NCBI GenBank assembly: GCA_963976765.1 | Contig: CAXBME010000009.1 | Span: 186,001-250,000 of the forward strand | Direction: 5' to 3' | DNA: 64,000 nucleotides | Origin: an uncultured Planctomycetaceae bacterium | GTDB lineage: Bacteria > Planctomycetota > Planctomycetia > Planctomycetales > Planctomycetaceae | In this document: positions 59,914 to 64,000 of the stretch, one piece after another | How the letters are laid out: each line of letters begins with the position of its first letter | How positions within the stretch are numbered: position 1 is the first letter of the stretch | Translations under genes and position numbers: made by a program | Notes under the pieces: generated by a model | Seen by the model: only the letters and a program-made list of their open reading frames with translations | What the model was told of the DNA's origin: nothing | Databases searched by the model: none

Positions 59914-61449
59914 TCAGTTGGGACCAATCCCCTCGTTTAGAATGTAGGCAACAACGCTGGCGAGTGATACGTCGGCGGCATGCTTCTTTATCACGTCGCG
60001 TGTTTCAGACGTTAAGAGACCGAGACGAGACAAGGCCAGAAGGGCCGAAAACTGCTTGAGCCGTGAGTCGTCGGACAAAGCCAGGTCCTCCAGTTGTTTC
60101 CGGACGTCGGCGTTGACGCTTCCGGATTTGCCGAAGGCGACTGCAGCCTGAGCCGCCATCTCTGGTGAACCTGACCCCAACGCGCGCAGCAATCCGTGAG
60201 CTGCATCCTTGTTGGGAGGCTCGATGCGGTCGTCGTAACTGCGAAGCTGGCTCACAATCTCGTCCGCCGTCGAGGGCACGTTCTCGCCGTCTGTCGTGCA
60301 ACCACTGACACCGGTCAGCGCGATCAATACCACCAGACCGGTTGCTGACTTGAGCAGCATTGATGGCGTCGTCGTCTGCCTGAGCGCGAACATCACCAGC
60401 ACGGTCAGGCCGATCGTCGATCCAAGAAGAATCACGCCGGACAACACTGAACTGCTGAGCCACGGCTCGTCGAAGAATCTCATTGAGGCTGCGATTTCGA
60501 TTCCAGTCCACGTGACGATCGCTCCGCTCACGCTGTAACGAAGGGCCTGTGCTGTCCCGGGCTGGCAGGCTGTTCTCCAGATCATGTAGGGCGTCGCGGC
60601 GAAGATGACCAGCATGACGGTCAACAGCGTGAATTCTCCAACTCTGCCCAGCATCGGGTCAGCCAGCCACAGCACGCTCGCATAACAGAACCAGACGGTC
60701 ATGAAGTATTGAATCGTCGTCCGAGCGGCGTAGTTGTCGACACGGCCACTGGCTGCAGCGGATCGTGTGAGAGGCAGACGTCGACGAAACCATTGAAAGA
60801 TCGCGCAGCGGTTCGACTCGTGCAGCGTCAATCCGATGAGCATCGGAATGAGAAACACGGCAGACATCTGAATGAGAATTCCTCCGCCATGCGTCCCCAT
60901 GATTCGTCCGTTGACGACATCGAGGGCGCCTGCCAGTCCGATCCGCCGACCCACAGCATCCAAACCGAATTCGATCGCACCCAGCCAGAGGAAATGTCCG
61001 GTGAACAGGCCGATCAAAGATTGCATGCCATTGTCTTCGATCCATCGTCCCGACCACGCCATCAACGCGGCCAACCAAGTTAATCCCAGGACGACGGCCA
61101 CCAGGAATGTGGAGACCGGCTGGGCGTGAAGTTGCCGATCGGTCTCGCTGACCTGGCCTTCCGCGATTCTGGACATGGCGTCTTCGGCGGTCCCATGTCC
61201 AACCCACACAAGCGGCGCACCGTCAGTCTGATACAGCGTCCTGGAAACGTGCCGATCGACCGACACAGTTGCCTTGTACAATCGGTGTCCAGCGGCGGTG
61301 AGCGTCAGACACAGTCCCCAGAACAGGCCACCGATCAAAAGCCGTTTCGCCAGAGCGGGTGAATCTGTTGCCCGAGGCACAGGAGAGTGTTCTTCCGTCT
61401 GGCCGGATTCAGTTTCGGACGGGTTCGCTTTGTCGTGCAATGTACTCAT
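59914..61449 (-). CDS. Polytopic membrane protein with C-terminal HEAT-like domain
   Basis: About 9-10 hydrophobic helices then ALGSGSPEMAAQAAVAFG / QFSALLALSRLG helical repeats. Confidence 0.65.
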   Translation of the reverse strand: MSTLHDKANPSETESGQTEEHSPVPRATDSPALAKRLLIGGLFWGLCLTLTAAGHRLYKATVSVDRHVSRTLYQTDGAPLVWVGHGTAEDAMSRIAEGQVSETDRQLHAQPVSTFLVAVVLGLTWLAALMAWSGRWIEDNGMQSLIGLFTGHFLWLGAIEFGLDAVGRRIGLAGALDVVNGRIMGTHGGGILIQMSAVFLIPMLIGLTLHESNRCAIFQWFRRRLPLTRSAAASGRVDNYAARTTIQYFMTVWFCYASVLWLADPMLGRVGEFTLLTVMLVIFAATPYMIWRTACQPGTAQALRYSVSGAIVTWTGIEIAASMRFFDEPWLSSSVLSGVILLGSTIGLTVLVMFALRQTTTPSMLLKSATGLVVLIALTGVSGCTTDGENVPSTADEIVSQLRSYDDRIEPPNKDAAHGLLRALGSGSPEMAAQAAVAFGKSGSVNADVRKQLEDLALSDDSRLKQFSALLALSRLGLLTSETRDVIKKHAADVSLASVVAYILNEGIGPN

Positions 61450-61520
61450 GTGGATGATTCCGCTGGAAGTGGCATGTGGTGCGACTCACGCGGAGCGAGT
61501 CTCCGGCAGACGTTGTCAGC

Positions 61521-62624
61521 TCAGAAAGCGCCGACCACTTCGCTTCCGTTTCGTGTACTGAGTGACCGCCAGACAGACAGGTCGATCGAGTCACCGATGA
61601 AGCGAACACTGCCATCGACAAATGCGACGTTTACTCCGCTGGTATGTCGGCTGCGCGCGGCCACCCAGCCGGGAGAAAACGAATAGTGAATGATGCAGTC
61701 AGAGCGTTCGCTGTTCGGCGGCAGGTACGTGTTGAAGAATCCGCTCATGTGACTGGCGGACGCCCACGTGTTGCCGCGGGTCACTCCGAAAGCGGTCGCG
61801 GACTGGCACGCGCTGTCAGACAGCGTCGAAGTCACCCACGGCATGAGCGCGGCCCAAGCATCTTCGGGATTCGCTGGTGGCGTCGACACGACGTAACCAT
61901 CCATCGTCGGTCCACCAGGGCCGAGCGTTGTTTCGGAAAACGCGATCGTGTTGGAGAGACCATCCGTGACGTCGCGGGGCCTCATTCGAGAATTGGCGAA
62001 GAAGACTCCATCGGCGTCCCGATCTGTTCCTGCCGGCCGGTCGGGTGTCGCGACCCCGCTTCCAAGACAGGCGACGTAATTCACGGGCCGGTAACGCTGA
62101 TCGAGCACCGTTTCACTGTCGCTCGGGCAGAGGTACATACTGACCGGCTTGTTCACGAGTTGCCGATGCTCGGGCAGGATTTGAAATGTCGGCGGCGCAC
62201 CCAGCAGAGGTTTGTCGAGGTGCAGTTGATCATGCAGGTTGATCTGCTCGATGAACGGCAGCAGATTTGCAAACACACCCCAGGCCCAGTGGCCCTCTGA
62301 CCACGTCGGCTGCAGGTCCCATTTCTGGCGGATCACGCCGGATGGGAACTCCTCCCGGCTGCTCTCGTGATTGTGCAGAGCGAGCCCTAACTGCTTGAGA
62401 TTGTTCGTGCATTGCGAACGGCGTGCGGCCTCGCGAGCCGCCGGCATCAGCAGTGAGACCAGAATGCCGATGATCGCGATCGTCACGAGCAGTTCGATCA
62501 GTGTGAATCCACGGCGCTGCATTCCAAAGAGGGGGCCTGGCGTTGTTGCCACTGCGTCTGTCCTGATGCCGTGCAGCCTCTTCCCGTGATGACGCCTGTG
62601 CCGGAGTGTTTGATCTGCTGACAC
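61521..62624 (-). CDS. DUF1559 prepilin-type protein
   Basis: GFTLIELL, AREAARRSQCTNNLKQLGLALHN, VTDGLSNT, HTSGVNVAFVDGSV. Confidence 0.92.
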   Translation of the reverse strand: MSADQTLRHRRHHGKRLHGIRTDAVATTPGPLFGMQRRGFTLIELLVTIAIIGILVSLLMPAAREAARRSQCTNNLKQLGLALHNHESSREEFPSGVIRQKWDLQPTWSEGHWAWGVFANLLPFIEQINLHDQLHLDKPLLGAPPTFQILPEHRQLVNKPVSMYLCPSDSETVLDQRYRPVNYVACLGSGVATPDRPAGTDRDADGVFFANSRMRPRDVTDGLSNTIAFSETTLGPGGPTMDGYVVSTPPANPEDAWAALMPWVTSTLSDSACQSATAFGVTRGNTWASASHMSGFFNTYLPPNSERSDCIIHYSFSPGWVAARSRHTSGVNVAFVDGSVRFIGDSIDLSVWRSLSTRNGSEVVGAF

Positions 62625-62658
62625 TGTTGTTCTCCCGCCTCAACCCTCGCGAGCCTTG

Positions 62659-62707
62659 ATGTAGCTGGTGCTACATTCTCCGGCACAGAATGTAGCACGA
62701 GCTACAT
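62659..62707. promoter_or_regulatory. Tandem MntR boxes
   Basis: ATGTAGC-TGGT-GCTACAT (62659-62676) and ATGTAGC-ACGA-GCTACAT (62690-62707); share the TAGC-N4-GCTA core of enterobacterial MntR boxes. Confidence 0.75.
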
Positions 62708-62820
62708 GGACGTCAACAGCTCGACGAGTTTTTTTCCGGCCTTGCCGCCGGGAATCTGAGGTGGTTCACTATCAGCCTCTAAATAGCCGAAATCCGGGAT
62801 CACAATGGGACAGGCAGGCA

Positions 62821-63255
62821 ATGGACGGTCGACAGCGGGGCAAGGAACTGCACGAACGCATTCGCGACGATCACGCGACGGAACTTGCAGAGGACTACGT
62901 CGAAGCGATCGCCGATCTCATTGAATCCGAGGGTGCGTGCCGGCTGATTGATCTGGCCGCCCATTTCGGCGTGACTCACGTCACGGCCAATCGCACGGTG
63001 GGACGACTGCAACGGGACGGCCTGGTCACGACCGAACCGTATGCCCCGATCGAACTTACGGCCGAAGGCTCCCGTCTGGCAAAAGCGTCCCGCCGCCGAC
63101 ATGAGATCGTGTACAAGTTCCTGCTGGCTCTCGGCGTGCGGAAGAAGACCGCCGCCGTCGACGCAGAAGGAATCGAACACCACGTCAGCCCGGAAACACT
63201 CCGAAAAATGCAGCAGTTCCTGAAGCAGTCTGCTGCGACGAGCCGAGAAAATTGA
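62821..63255 (+). CDS. mntR: Manganese-responsive regulator (DtxR/MntR)
   Basis: ELAEDYVEAIADL, RLIDLA..FGVTHVT, RRRHEIV, VDAEGIEHHVS. Confidence 0.9.
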   Translation: MDGRQRGKELHERIRDDHATELAEDYVEAIADLIESEGACRLIDLAAHFGVTHVTANRTVGRLQRDGLVTTEPYAPIELTAEGSRLAKASRRRHEIVYKFLLALGVRKKTAAVDAEGIEHHVSPETLRKMQQFLKQSAATSREN

Positions 63256-63291
63256 GACCGACCGCCTCGGTGAATCATCAATGCCACGGCA

Positions 63292-63705
63292 TCAGCACGT
63301 TGAATGCAGACCTTCCACCACGTGACAGCAATCGGATTTCTTCTGCTGCCGGCATTGCTCCAGTGCTGACTTCAGAACTTTGCGAACGTGACGCAGGTCT
63401 TTCAGTCGCTCCTCGACATCGACCAGCCGGTCTTCGATCAGGCCCTGCACGGCTCCGCATTTGGGGGCCGATCCGGATTCGTCGGCCAGCAGGGCTCGCG
63501 TGTCTTCGAGCGTGAAACCGATTGCCTGAGCGGCTCGGACGAACTTGAGTTTTTCGAGTGACGCTCGACCGTAGAGCCGGTAATTGCCGGCACTGCGGTC
63601 TTCCGGTTCAACCAGTCCGATGCGTTCGTAATAACGAACCGTCGTCGTGGGAATGCCGGCCTTCTCGGCGAGCTGGCTGATCGTCAAGTGGCTGCCGGTG
63701 CTCAT
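63292..63705 (-). CDS. MerR-family heavy-metal regulator (divalent-type Cys pattern)
   Basis: LTISQLA..TTVRYYERIGL, GNYRLY, GFTLED; Cys at start of dimer helix and C-terminal CRQQKKSDCC. Confidence 0.92.
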   Translation of the reverse strand: MSTGSHLTISQLAEKAGIPTTTVRYYERIGLVEPEDRSAGNYRLYGRASLEKLKFVRAAQAIGFTLEDTRALLADESGSAPKCGAVQGLIEDRLVDVEERLKDLRHVRKVLKSALEQCRQQKKSDCCHVVEGLHSTC

Positions 63706-63774
63706 CTTTCAGGGCTCCTCCGGAACTGTTTCAGGCCCGTTTCGTATGACATTCAAAAAACTTCAGAATCCCGC

Positions 63775-63806
63775 TTGACCTTACACTTACGTGCAACGTC
63801 GATAAT
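63775..63806 (+). promoter_or_regulatory. MerR-type long-spacer promoter
   Basis: TTGACC-20 nt-GATAAT with imperfect dyad ACCTTACAC-TTAC-GTGCAACGT. Confidence 0.7.
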
Positions 63807-63861
63807 AGAGATCGTTGAGGACTCGAACAAGACGGTCGACAGCACGGCGAGGAGTTGAGCG

Positions 63862-64000
63862 ATGACGGACGTGGCCACCAAAACTGACATGAACACAGCG
63901 GTGAAGACTGTCTGCCCGGTCTGCAGTAGCAAGGCGAAACGGGTCAGCAGCGTGACGCTGCGGGCATTACTGAAGGAAGACGTTGCAGCACAGATTGCCG
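63862..64000 (+). CDS. CopZ zinc-binding / 2Fe-2S-type protein (partial, runs off right edge)
   Basis: GAGGAG RBS; MTDVATKTDMNTAVKTVCPVCSSKAKRVSSVTLRALLKED resembles the Cys-rich N-terminal domain of archaeal-type CopZ. Confidence 0.6.
   Translation, partial: MTDVATKTDMNTAVKTVCPVCSSKAKRVSSVTLRALLKEDVAAQIA

Noticed and set aside
1..64000. CRISPR arrays, tRNA/rRNA genes, integrases, transposases, att sites
   Set aside because: None recognised by eye; island status is inferred from gene content and scars only, and small RNAs could have been missed.

Overview
High-GC bacterial DNA, very probably from a planctomycete (two DUF1559 prepilin-like genes, CxxCH lipoprotein of planctomycete type, GTAG-type REP doublet). 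The window is an accessory island dominated by heavy-metal and ion homeostasis: P1B-1 Cu(I) ATPase, TolC plus multicopper oxidase, many His/Met/Cys-rich exported proteins, MerR and MntR regulators, two cation:proton antiporters, a membrane pyrophosphatase and a K+ channel. Several other modules are embedded: (i) a translationally coupled SIS-HAD / PRTase / P-loop ATPase operon running off the left edge that looks like a nucleotide-targeting defence system; (ii) a UbiA phosphoribosyltransferase / GT-C / PTPMT1-like phosphatase trio; (iii) an FNR-2Fe2S / cytochrome b / 7-heme cytochrome c electron conduit; (iv) an AsnB-ACP-ligase-NadE-GNAT-GNAT cluster; (v) a dual-OB / DUF488 / DUF488 operon behind a C-protein-like regulator and a perfect 36-bp palindrome; (vi) a stand-alone Zn-ribbon/PD-(D/E)xK protein and a membrane-anchored Schlafen AlbA_2 protein. 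Reading the non-coding DNA shows a 14-bp palindrome GGGCG-N4-CGCCC at the head of six transcription units, three of them paired with sigma54 -24/-12 promoters, suggesting an island-wide enhancer-dependent regulon. Also present are two MerR relics, a nonsense codon in a desaturase gene and Cys-rich inserts in GDH and a CBM48 protein. No rRNA, tRNA, CRISPR array, integrase or transposase was recognised. All calls come from motif recognition by eye; no database searches were run.
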